Source: Actinomycetota bacterium
GTDB taxonomy: Bacteria; Actinomycetota; CADDZG01; JAHWKV01
Length of the DNA stretch: 64,000 nt
Assembly (NCBI GenBank): GCA_030447305.1
Contig: JAUJPC010000001.1
Coordinates: 114,459 to 178,458, forward strand
Direction of reading: 5' to 3'
Positions 9,666 to 18,877 of the stretch are shown here, piece by piece. How positions within the stretch are numbered: position 1 is the first letter of the stretch; each line of letters begins with the position of its first letter. Position numbers and translations under genes: made by a program. Under the pieces are notes generated by a model. It made no database searches. It was given only the letters and a program-made list of their open reading frames with translations, and was not told the DNA's origin.

Positions 9666-10909
9666 TCATGCCGCCTCCAGCGGGGTGAGGTGAACCTGGT
9701 ACCCGAGAGCGTTCAGCTGCTGCGTTAGCTTACGGGCATGCTGCACCTTGTTCTGTCTGGACATGAACCAGTCAGGGCCTAGGTCCTTGTAGGGAACCAT
9801 GTCCTCAAGGATGTGGAAAGCGGCAACCAAGATCGAGTGGGCGACCGCCACGGTGGCCTTGGCCTGGCCCCTGCGGCCGCGGAGCCGAGCGTACTGGGCG
9901 AAGAGGTAGGTGCCTTTGGCCTTACCGGCAGCCTTGGCCGCCTGCGTGAGGTCCATGTGGAGCCACTTTGAACCCTTCCTGGTCTTGCCGGTGTGGCTCT
10001 TGCCCGCAGACTCGTGCTGGCCGGGACACATTCCCGCCCAGGACGCCAGTCGTCCTGGTGAGCCGAATCGAGCCATGTCGACTCCGATCTCAGCGATGAT
10101 CGATTGAGCGACCCGCTTGTCGACTCCGGGAATGGTGTCGAGCAGTTCAACCTGACGCTCGAAAGGGGCAATGACCACCTCGATCTCGTCGGAAAGCGAC
10201 TGGATCAGCTCGTCGAGAAAGTCCAGCTTGGACAGGATCGCCCCTACTACCAAGGCATGGTGAGAGGTGAACCGCCCGGTCAGGGCATCCTTGAGGTCGG
10301 GAAGCTTCCTGCGCAGCGTTCCCTTCGCAAGATCGGCCAGGATCTGTGGGTCGGTGGTGCCCTCCACCAAATCAAAGCCTTCAGCATCGCCTTGCCGCTG
10401 ACGCCGAGCACGTGAGTCGCCACCGACGACAACTTGATGCCGGCGTCCTGGAGCACCTTGTCCAGACGCTGCGCCTCGCGAGAGCGCTCCTCGATCTGGG
10501 CCTTGCGGTAGCGGGTCAGATTGCGCAGCTCCCGGATCTGCTTGGGCGGCACGAAGCTCGGTTTCACCAGACCGTGCGCCACGAGCTGGGCGATCCAGGC
10601 AGCGTCGGCCACATCGGTCTTGCGGCCCGGGACGTTGCGAAGATGGCGGGCGTTCAAAAGCCAACACTCGAACTCATCCTCGAGCATGTAGTAAACGGGC
10701 TTCCAGTAGACCCCGGTCGACTCCATCCCAACCACATCGACGTCGAAGGCCTTCAACCAGTCCCTCAGCGCAAGCAATTCGACAGTGGTGGTCTTAAAAG
10801 TGTGGGTCTGGGACTGTCGGCTTGCGCCTTGATCCCCGAACCTGACGCAGGCGACCACAGTGTCCTTGTGCACGTCCAAGCCTGCACACCTGTTGATGAG
10901 CGTGTCCAC
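9666..10909 (-). CDS. IS110 transposase/recombinase, frameshift near 10370
   Basis: GLDVHK, GMESTG, KTDVADA, TIPGVD and HESAGK motifs. Confidence 0.92.
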
Positions 10910-10929
10910 TCAACCTCCCCTCGATCGAA

Positions 10930-11125
10930 CAATCGAGACCGCCCAGGGGAGCCTCATCGCATGGAGTCTAAGGTTCGTGCTCGCAGCAACAGTTCACGGT
11001 GCCCGAAGCTCCCGGGTCCCACTAACGGACGGGCTCGCTTGCACCAAGGCGACTCGACCTCGCAGGACAGTCCGCTCACATTTTCATCTGTTGCTGGTGC
11101 CGTAGCCAAAGGCGCGGCATTCTCA
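10930..11125 (-). ncRNA. Putative bridge RNA of the second IS110
   Basis: TCCGTTAG (11022-11029) equals the target flank plus core, and ACCTTAG (10968-10974) equals the element end plus core; each is enclosed by a short stem. Confidence 0.65.
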
Positions 11126-11187
11126 CTAACGGATCGGTCGATTAGCCGCTAGTGCAGCCGGCCGTCAGTCGTCCCGGCCATTTAGGC
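11126..11187 (-). other. Remainder of the attC interrupted by the second IS110
   Basis: CTAACGGAT ... TTTAGGC 11181, one mismatch from the complement of GCCTAAC at 11461. Confidence 0.65.
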
Positions 11188-11204
11188 AGCAGAGGATGCC
11201 CGGC

Positions 11205-11430
11205 TCAGACCCACCGGTCGCATTTGCAACTCGGCATGATGCACTTAGCCGCTCCAGGATGCTCCGTCTTGAGATGTTTGCAGCGTCGACACTTGACACG
11301 GCGTTCTTCCCTTCCAATCGCGCGATCGCGTTTTTGTGCCGGGGTGAGCTGTTCGATGTGCAGCTGAGTCCCCGTCCGTCCCTTCATATTTCCCCCATCG
11401 GAAACCCTTACTCCAAGAACATTGCGTCAT
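11205..11430 (-). CDS. Small Cys/His-rich cassette protein, possibly frameshifted
   Basis: CRRCKH...EH...C...CKC pattern; fills the cassette between attC sites. Confidence 0.45.
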
Positions 11431-11460
11431 GTTGTTCTCGTCACCGAACTAGTCAAGTCT

Positions 11461-11522
11461 GCCTAACGTACTGCCGTTTGAGCCGCCGACGAAGGAGGTC
11501 GGCTTCCAAACGGTAGTTATGT
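11461..11522 (-). other. attC site
   Basis: GCCTAAC 11461 ... GTTATGT 11516 with ccgtttg/caaacgg stem. Confidence 0.92.
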
Positions 11523-11528
11523 CGCATC

Positions 11529-11741
11529 TCATCGGAGACGATTGAACTCTTCTACAGAGAGTCCGGCGTCTTTCACGATCCCACCCATGGTGAATGCGTT
11601 CACCGGGTTCGCTCGAGGAATCGTCAGAATTCGCTGCCCGTTCGACATGACGACGTGCTTGCCCTGCCGAACGATATTGAACCCGGCTTTCTGGAGGGCC
11701 CGCACAGCTTCCTGGTGCGAGACGCCCGGAATGCTCGGCAT
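11529..11741 (-). CDS. hicA: HicA-family toxin
   Basis: ALQKAGF..VRQGKHVVM..LTIP..GIVKDAGLSVEEF. Confidence 0.88.
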   Translation of the reverse strand: MPSIPGVSHQEAVRALQKAGFNIVRQGKHVVMSNGQRILTIPRANPVNAFTMGGIVKDAGLSVEEFNRLR

Positions 11742-11944
11742 TAGATGGCGACTTCGATCTCCCTGATCTCGGCGCCTTCCAGTTGCTCATCAGCTACGGA
11801 GAGGTAAGCGTGAATGGCATCCTTGACGTTCTCGAGAGCCTCGTCTTCGTCGCTTCCCTGAGACCAACAACCGGGAAGCCCGGGCACTGACACGGCAACG
11901 CCTTCATCCGATTTAAACAGGGCTACCCGAAACCGCTGAGTCAT
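11741..11944 (-). CDS. hicB: Short HicB-family antitoxin
   Basis: VSVPGLPGCWSQG..EALENVKDAI; TAATG overlap with hicA. Confidence 0.88.
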   Translation of the reverse strand: MTQRFRVALFKSDEGVAVSVPGLPGCWSQGSDEDEALENVKDAIHAYLSVADEQLEGAEIREIEVAI

Positions 11945-11982
11945 GTAATCAGTGTACAGAGGGGATCTGACGACATCAGTCG

Positions 11983-12105
11983 ACATAACGGATTAGCGCC
12001 TCAGCCGTCCGCCCGCGTAGCCGGCGGTCGGTTGCAGGCATAACGGATTAGCGCCTCAGCCGTCCGCCCGCGTAGCCGGCGGTCGGTTGCAGGCGCTAGT
12101 TATAC
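11983..12105 (-). repeat. attC site with a tandem 55-bp duplication
   Basis: 11984-12038 equals 12039-12093; complete attC runs GCATAAC 12038 ... GTTATAC 12099. Confidence 0.9.
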
Positions 12106-12149
12106 GGCCTAGGCACCTCAACGATTGCGGCCTTTGGGACCTAAGGATT

Positions 12150-12401
12150 TCATCGCCTCAGCTGCTGCCTCCCGTCGCCTCCGCAGTTTAGGTATGTACA
12201 TCGCTCAAACACTGCGTAAGCCGACCCGAAGATTAGTGACATGAGAGCTAACACCGGCCAACCGGGATCGAATTGGCCCTTCGTCTGAACGAAGAAAGTG
12301 CCAACCGCAAAGAGGCCACCGGAAAGAATCCCCCAGAACCAAGGGTGCTGATCCTCATGCTTCTTCAGGTGCTGGCCGAAGCTTGCCTTGGGATCCGTCA
12401 C
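12150..12401 (-). CDS. Cassette small membrane protein
   Basis: 83-aa ORF with two hydrophobic segments, between attC sites. Confidence 0.65.
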   Translation of the reverse strand: MTDPKASFGQHLKKHEDQHPWFWGILSGGLFAVGTFFVQTKGQFDPGWPVLALMSLIFGSAYAVFERCTYLNCGGDGRQQLRR

Positions 12402-12409
12402 CTCCGCCC

Positions 12410-12470
12410 GTATAACGGACCGCGGATTGAGCCGCCGACAAAGGAGGGCGGCTCCAATCCGCAGTTATGC
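12410..12470 (-). other. attC site
   Basis: GTATAAC 12410 ... GTTATGC 12464 with gcggattg/caatccgc stem. Confidence 0.92.
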
Positions 12471-12739
12471 CGTGACCCCGAAGCGCTAGAAGATAGGACA
12501 CGGCTATCCCGAACTCTTCCGTCGAGACTTTGCAGACATTCCCTTTAGGAGGCTACCGGCGAGCACCATGAGTGGCGTCATCACGGCCGCAACAACCAGA
12601 TCAACTTCGCCCTCCAAAATCAGATCCGTAACAGCGAACGCAACGGCGAATGTGAGACGATGATCGCTCCGCCCAGAAACGGCTTTTCATTCTGCAACTG
12701 CTTCCAGCGGTCATGGCCGGTCATCTCATCATCGAATCG

Positions 12740-12807
12740 GCATAACGGATTAGCGCCTCAGCCGCCCGCCCGCGTAGCCGGCGGTCGGTTGCAGGCGCTA
12801 GTTATAC
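12740..12807 (-). other. attC site, near-identical to 12038-12105
   Basis: GCATAAC 12740 ... GTTATAC 12801; one substitution relative to the 12038 copy. Confidence 0.92.
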
Positions 12808-12965
12808 GGCGAGTGCGGTCTGTTTGAACTTGAGGCATTAACTAAGTGTGACCGGGATTGCGCTGGCCGCCGGAGAAGATGTTCGAGAGCGGAGAGCCAG
12901 GCCCTTGATTCAGCGCTCAGAACTGCCACGCGCGAGCCCCCTGATCTTCACGAGCCAACGTGTCC

Positions 12966-13026
12966 GTATAACGGAATGCCGGCTCAGCCGCCGCCAAAGG
13001 CGGTCGGTTGTAGGCGGCAGTTATGC
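12966..13026 (-). other. attC site
   Basis: GTATAAC 12966 ... GTTATGC 13020. Confidence 0.92.
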
Positions 13027-13216
13027 GGTGGGCCATGGATCCGATGCAAGCTCCTTTTTGGATCAATCATCGTTCCTTCTTTCGCCTTCGCCAATTGAGC
13101 CACCGCCCAATAAGCAATGCCACTGCCGCGCCGATGGCACCAGAGATCAGTTCCTGGACAACAAAGTCACCAATCAAGCCTGAGCCACGTATTCCAGTGA
13201 TCCATTTCCTGTGTCG

Positions 13217-13268
13217 GCATAACTACTATTTCGCGAGGTCTCGATAACACGCCGCTCCTCGATAACAC
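13217..13268 (-). promoter_or_regulatory. Putative attI site with two 11-bp direct repeats
   Basis: Last core GTTATGC (minus, 13217-13223) has no palindromic partner; CTCGATAACAC at 13240-13250 and 13258-13268. Confidence 0.75.
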
Positions 13269-13351
13269 TCCCACTTCCTGGCGTTCGAAGTCGTGTTATG
13301 AAGCTCATCAGATGAAGTCGTTTGTGGTCATGCGACTCCTCTTAGCGTTAT

Positions 13352-14406
13352 TCAGTCAGTGTACCGCGGTAACCGTTCGGTTGACCCAAATCTATCCAGC
13401 GGACTCCTCACGCCATGGCCGCCTCGATTGAGAACATGGGTGTAGATCTGAGTGGTCTTTACGCTGGCATGACCCAATAGCTCCTGGACCGTTCTGATGT
13501 CGTAACCGTCTTCCAAGAGGTGCGTAGCGAACGAGTGCCGCAGTACGTGAGGAGTTGCGTGTTTAGCGATCTGAGCTCTCAGGCTGGCGCTGCGGACTGC
13601 CTTCTGCACTACGGACTGGTGTAAGTGGTAGCGATATTTGATGCCGTCGTGTCATCAGTGAAGTAAGTGGCCGCAGGGAAGAGCCACTGCCAGCCCCACT
13701 CCCTTTCAGCGTTGCGGTATTTGCGGCCGAGCGCGTAAGGCAAAGGCACCCGCCCCAGTCCCATGGTCAGGTCTTTGTCATGAATACGTTTCGCACGTAC
13801 TAGATGGCTCTTCAATGGATTCATGACCAGGTCGGGCAGCATGGTGATTCGGTCTTTGTTGCCCTTCGCCCGTTTGATCGTTATCTGCCGACGCCCGAAA
13901 TCGACATCTTTGGCCCTTAGGTTGAGCGCTTCATCCAGCCGTAGGCCGCTTCCGTAGAGAAGCTGGCAGATAAGCAATGGAAGGCCATCCAGCTGCTCGA
14001 ATAGCACACGCACTTCCGACCTGGATAGAACCGTGGGCATGCGTTTGGGCTTTCGCGCCCTGGCGATGTTCTCCATATGTTCCAGAGGCTGACCGAGCAC
14101 CTTGGAATAAAAGAATAGGAGCGCACACAGCGCCTGATTCTGGGTGGAAGCGGCAACATCCTCGCCGACCGCCAACTGCGTAAGGAATGCATTGACCTGC
14201 TCTTCACGCAATTCATGGAGGTCGATGCCACCATGAAAGCGAAGAAAGCGCTCTATCCAGAACAGGTAAGCCTTCGCGGTTCTCTCACCGTAGTTTCGAG
14301 CACGTAGGACCCGGCGTGCTCTTTCTACGGCTTCGTCTTGGGGTTTCCGAACAACCTGCAGACGAGGACGCGCATTGGTTAGGCGAGCTTCCCGGGACGT
14401 ACTCAA
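13352..14406 (-). CDS. intI: Integron integrase (tyrosine recombinase), single-base frameshift near 13645
   Basis: [22 protein letters not shown], integron-specific insert [50 protein letters not shown]. Confidence 0.96.
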
Positions 14407-14631
14407 CAGGCACTCCGATCTGGGGAAGTCGTGAACTATCCTTCAAAGTTACCGCCTGCATAGGACACTTCTGGCCACCCGCGCCATGCGGTTCAGCGAT
14501 AGGCGAGTGTTCCTAACTCAGGGCCCTCTTCAGGAACTGGCAGGCTGCCACGTGGATGGCCAGCATTGCCTCCGGGAAGCGGATACGGCAACATGACGCA
14601 ATAAGTTTGGCATCAGCCGGGTCCGAGGGGC

Positions 14632-16226
14632 TCAGGCCAGGGCCACAAGCTCCAGCAGGTCGTCGGACCAGTGGATGTACTCGCCGTCGGGCATCGACAC
14701 GACATGGGTCGGCTGCAGCTGGTGCACGAAGGCCTCGTCGTGGCTGACGATCATGAGCGTGCCCTGCCAGGACTGCAAAGCATTGGTGATGCCTTCCCGT
14801 GAGATGGGGTCGAGGTTGTTGGTCGGCTCGTCCAGCAGCAGCAGGTTGTGCTGCTTGGCAGCCAGTTGAGCCAGCGCAAGTTTGGTCTTTTCTCCACCTG
14901 AGAGGGTGCCGGCGTTCTGGAACGCCTTGTCGCCGGACAGGGTGAACATGCCCAGGAAGGCCCGAATCTGCTGATCGATCAGCACGCCGTCGGAGCGCAG
15001 ATGGTCGATTACAGCTTCCTCCGGCCGCAAACCCTCGTGCTCCTGGGCGTAGTAGCCGAGCGACACATTCATTCCGGGAGCCACCGTCCCCGAGACCGGC
15101 TCTATCGTCTCCGAGAGGATCTTGAGAAGAGTCGACTTGCCTGCGCCGTTCAGCCCCATGACCAGCAGGCGGTCGCCGTGGGTGACCTCGAACGACAGAC
15201 GATCGAAGACCTTGTGCTCGCCGTAGCTCATCGCAAGGTTTTGCACTCTCATCACCAGGCGGCCCGGCTGCGGAGGAGGCGAGATCCTGAACCGGACGGC
15301 GCTTTCCTTCGCAACCCTGGTGACCTTGGTGGCTCGCATCTTCTCCACCCGCTTGTCCAGGTTCTTGGCGACCCGAGCACGGGAGGCGGTCTGATGGCGC
15401 ATGCGGTCGGCGAGGGTCTTGAGGCGCTGGATGTCCGCTTCCTGGATATTGGCTATCTTGTTGCGCCGCTCGACGTCGGCCGCCCGAGCCTCTCGGTACT
15501 GGCTGTACGTGCCCTTGTAGGTGTTCATCTGACTGTTGTCCAGGTGCAGAACCCGGGTGATGGCCGAGTCGAGCAGCTCCAGGTCATGGCTGACGATCAA
15601 CAGGCCGCCCGAGTACGAGCGCAGGAAGGACATAAGCCACGCCTTGGCATCCACGTCGAGGTGGTTGCTTGGCTCGTCCAGCAGCAGAGTCTCGGCTCGG
15701 CGAACAGAGAGTGCGCCAGCTCGACCCGGCGCCGCTCGCCTCCGGAGAGCGTGTCCATCGGACGGGTCATCTCGTCTCCGGTGATGCCCAGTCCGGCGCA
15801 GATACGCCGGGCCTCGGACTCGGCCTGGTAGCCGCCTGCCAGCCGGAAGTTCTCCTCCGATCGGGTGAAGCGGGCGATATTACGCTCCGACGGGTCCTCC
15901 TCCATTACCTGCTGAAGCTTGGTCAGGCGGTTCTGCGCCTCGGTAAGGTCCCTGCCGGCCAGGACATACTCGAGGGCCGTGGAGAGCTCCTGCCCTGCGT
16001 TCAGCTTGGCCTGGCGCAAATAGCTGTAGGTCCCTTGGAAGCGCACAGACCCCTCGTACTCGACCGCCCCGGCAGCCTCCTGCGACAGGATCGACATCAG
16101 CGTGGATTTACCGGCGCCGTTGCGGCCGACCAGCCCCACCTTGTCTCCGGGTGCGACGTTGAACGACGCGTCGTCGAGCAACAGGCGCGTGCCGATGGAG
16201 ATATGCAGACCTTTGACCTGCAGCAA
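14632..16226 (-). CDS. ABC-F family ATP-binding protein, frameshift near 15695
   Basis: Two ABC domains (GRNGAGKST, LSGGE, GLNGAGKST, DEPTNNLD) and no TM segments. Confidence 0.9.
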
Positions 16227-16286
16227 GCAGAGTGCCTTTCGTCGTTACGAGGGGTTGCGCCGGCGCTGGGAACGCCGCGGTCGAGG

Positions 16287-16718
16287 CTACGAGTTTCGGA
16301 CCTCGTCCGTCCATGGTCCCATACCACCGAGGTGGTTGACCGAGATATGAGTGATAAATCCGGGAGGAGGATCCGGCATCGCAGGAAACTTCACGTCCGG
16401 CCCCAGGTAGATGTGAGCGAGCTCCTGAAGGAGCTCGGGCGCCCCACCCTCGGTGATGGTAGCCCGCCCCTTGATGATCAGGTACTCCCGAAGGCCCCAG
16501 GAGTTGAGCTTGGTGGTCTCGAAAGAGACTGTCACCCGGGGGTCCCGTCGCATGTTGCGGAGCTTCTTCTGGTCGTGAAGAGTGGCGATGACGATGTTGT
16601 CATCGACGTCGATGCCGGCCCACGCCAGCGACACGTGGATGCTACCGCTCTCGTTGAGTGTGGCCAGGTGGGCGTAGGCACCCGAACGCACCACCTGCTT
16701 TGCCGATTGGGGAAACAC
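16287..16718 (-). CDS. PPOX-class F420-dependent oxidoreductase
   Basis: AHLATLNESG..QKKLRNMRRDPRV motif. Confidence 0.85.
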   Translation of the reverse strand: MFPQSAKQVVRSGAYAHLATLNESGSIHVSLAWAGIDVDDNIVIATLHDQKKLRNMRRDPRVTVSFETTKLNSWGLREYLIIKGRATITEGGAPELLQELAHIYLGPDVKFPAMPDPPPGFITHISVNHLGGMGPWTDEVRNS

Positions 16719-16770
16719 CCGGGACTCCTTACTGCGGGATGAGCTGAACTGTCGCCATGATCCCACGAGG

Positions 16771-17057
16771 CGGGCCACCTTCAATGCCCAGGCAGCCGCC
16801 GGGGTCTATGAAACCTATGAATTCCACATCGACGGGGACGTTTTCCATCTGACGGTCCGAGACAGCACACTCCAAACCCCCCGGGGCCCCGCGACCGACC
16901 CCGACCTGGTCTATAAGACGGACATTCCCACGCTCATGGCCATCGGGGCCTGGCAGGTGGATCCGGTCGGCTGTGGCCGCCGGGAAGGGTCGAGATGACC
17001 GGCGAACCTGAAGTGGCGCGGCGATGCCAGCAGATCTTCGGGCTGACGCGCCCCTGA
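16771..17057 (+). pseudogene. Remnant of an SCP2-like sterol-binding domain, resembling the C-terminus of HxlR-SCP2 regulators
   Basis: Manual translation RATFNAQAAAGVYETYEFHIDGDVFHL..GPATDPDLV..RVEMTGEPEVARRCQQIFGL; no start codon, frameshifted. Confidence 0.55.
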
Positions 17058-17092
17058 GCGGGGCTCGCGTAGCGTCAGCCGCCCGGTTATAA

Positions 17093-18157
17093 ATGACAAC
17101 TATGGACGAGATAAGGCTCACCCAGTATTCCCACGGCGCCGGCTGAGCTTGCAAGCTCGGTCCCAGTGACCTGGCGCAGGTCGTGCGCCGCTTGGGGGGC
17201 AGAACAGGGAAGGCTGATCCAAACCTTCTCCTGGGCCTCGACGTGCCCGACGACGCTGCCGTCTACCGGATCAACAACGAGACGGCCCTGGTGCAAACGG
17301 TCGACTTCTTCACCCCGGTGGTGGACGACCCCTATCATTGGGGCGCTATAGCGGTGGCCAACGCCATCAGCGACATCTACGCGATGGGGGCGACCCCACT
17401 GACCGGCCTGAACCTGGTTGGCTGGCCGAAGGACCTGGACATGGACCTGCTCGCCCGGGTGCTGGAGGGCGGAGCGGACAAGGCCGATGAGGCGGGGTGC
17501 GCGGTGGTCGGTGGCCACACGGTGGACGACCCCGAACCGAAATTCGGTATGGCGGTGACCGGGATCGTGCATCCGGACAAGATCGTCAAGCTGTCCACGG
17601 CCAGCCCCGGCATGTCGATCATTCTTACCAAGCCCCTCGGGATGGGGATCGTCGCCACCGCCTGCAAGGCGCAGCGGATCGACAAGGCACTGCTGAACCG
17701 GGCTACCAGTATGATGGCAACCCTCAACGCCGGCGCAGGCCAAGCGATGGTTGAGGTGGGCGCCGCTGCCGCCACCGACGTGACGGGATTCGGCCTCATT
17801 GGACACCTGCGGGGGATGCTGGCGGCAAGTGGCTGCTCGGCCAACCTGATGGCAGACAGCGTTCCGATCCTGGCCGGCGTCGACGAGCTCGCAAGGCAGG
17901 GCCTGGTGCCGGGAGGGACTCGACGGAACCGGGATTATTTCGGACCCTTTGTAGACTTCGATGCGGAGATCGACCCCATGTTGAGGGTCATCATGTTCGA
18001 TGCCCAGACGTCCGGAGGACTGCTGATAGTGGTGGAGAGGTCGAAGCAGGAGGCGATGGTGGAGGCTTTGGGCAAGTACGGGACTCCTGAGGCGGCGGTG
18101 ATCGGGCGTATCGCAGACGGTAGCCCGGGCACCATCCGGGTTGCCGGCCGGAAATGA
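17093..18157 (+). CDS. selD: Selenide, water dikinase containing selenocysteine (UGA 17144-17146)
   Basis: MTTMDEIRLTQYSHGAG-U-ACKLGP is in frame with ORF 17183-18157 (DDAAVY, DFFTP, TDVTGFG, DAQTSGGLL). Confidence 0.95.
17168..17182 (+). promoter_or_regulatory. SECIS-like hairpin of selD
   Basis: GACCTG-GCG-CAGGTC starting 21 nt after the UGA, with G in the loop. Confidence 0.65.
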
Positions 18158-18576
18158 AGTTCACCATTCCCCAGGACATCTACGACGGGATGATCCAGCA
18201 CTGCCGCAACGACTACCCCAACGAAGCGTGCGGCTTCATGGGGGGGTCCGACGGGAAGGCTGAGGTGCTTTACCCCCTGCCGAACGCTGCAGCGTCCCCC
18301 ATCTACTACCGACCGGGGGACAAGGAGATGATTGCGGCGATCAACGACATCGACGAGCAGGACAAAGAGCTGGTGGCAATCTTCCACTCCCACGTCGCCA
18401 GTCCGCCCAACCCGTCGCCCACCGACCGGCGAGAGGCACACTACCCCGATGCCGTCTATCTCATCGTTTCGCTGATGGATACGGAGAACCCTCTGACGAA
18501 GGGGTGGCTGATCAAGAAGGCCGACTGGCGCGATGAAAGCGGCGAGATAATAGAGGTGGAGCTGGTGATATCGTGA
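18154..18576 (+). CDS. mec: JAB/M67 metallopeptidase (Mec+-like CysO-cysteine peptidase)
   Basis: PNEACG and FHSH..PSPTD JAMM motif; ATGA overlap with selD. Confidence 0.9.
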   Translation: MKFTIPQDIYDGMIQHCRNDYPNEACGFMGGSDGKAEVLYPLPNAAASPIYYRPGDKEMIAAINDIDEQDKELVAIFHSHVASPPNPSPTDRREAHYPDAVYLIVSLMDTENPLTKGWLIKKADWRDESGEIIEVELVIS

Positions 18577-18580
18577 GCCA

Positions 18581-18871
18581 ATGTCGGTAAAGGTGAACAT
18601 CCCCGCGGTTCTGCGCTCCGCAGTGGGGGGGTCCAAGTCGGTGGAAGCGGAGTCCGGACAGCTCCGTGATGTCCTGGTTTCGCTGGGCCAGAAGTACCCG
18701 GCCCTGAAGGAGCAGGTCTTCGGCCCCGACGGCGGTCTTCACAAGTTCGTGAACGTCTACATCAACGACGAGGACGTTCGGTATCTCGAGAACCTGGACA
18801 GCAAGGTAGCGGACGGAGACACGGTAGCCATCCTGCCGGCCGTGGCCGGCGGCAGCCGCCAAGCACCTTAG
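18581..18871 (+). CDS. cysO: Ubiquitin-like sulfur carrier CysO (MoaD/ThiS family)
   Basis: FVNVYINDEDVRYL..ILPAVAGG followed by an SRQAP extension. Confidence 0.88.
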   Translation: MSVKVNIPAVLRSAVGGSKSVEAESGQLRDVLVSLGQKYPALKEQVFGPDGGLHKFVNVYINDEDVRYLENLDSKVADGDTVAILPAVAGGSRQAP

Positions 18872-18877
18872 CCGGCC

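Larger units (their letters stand above)
9626..11129 (-). mobile_element. IS110-family element (non-coding region upstream of the transposase) inserted in an attC core site
   Basis: CTAA at both junctions (9622-9625, 11126-11129); removal restores GCCTAACGGAT. Confidence 0.88.
1..13223 (-). mobile_element. Integron gene-cassette array, about 14 cassettes, continuing past the left window edge
   Basis: Repeated RYYYAAC...GTTRRRY imperfect palindromes of 60-96 bp separate short minus-strand ORFs. The two core boxes flanking most cassettes are exact reverse complements (GTTATGC 13020/GCATAAC 13217; GTTATGT 11516/ACATAAC 11983; GTTAGAC 3324/GTCTAAC 3880). Adjacent to intI. Confidence 0.95.

Noticed and set aside
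11984-12807. Near-identical 55-68 bp repeats as a CRISPR array
   Set aside because: They have attC core boxes and palindromy, gene-sized irregular spacing, and no cas genes nearby
14431-14446. LexA box upstream of intI (GTGAACTATCCTTCAA)
   Set aside because: Too many mismatches to the actinobacterial TCGAAC-N4-GTTCGA consensus
17041-17080. Hairpin upstream of selD as a selenium riboswitch
   Set aside because: A single stem overlapping the end of an SCP2 remnant, with no recognisable aptamer; more likely a terminator or REP-like element
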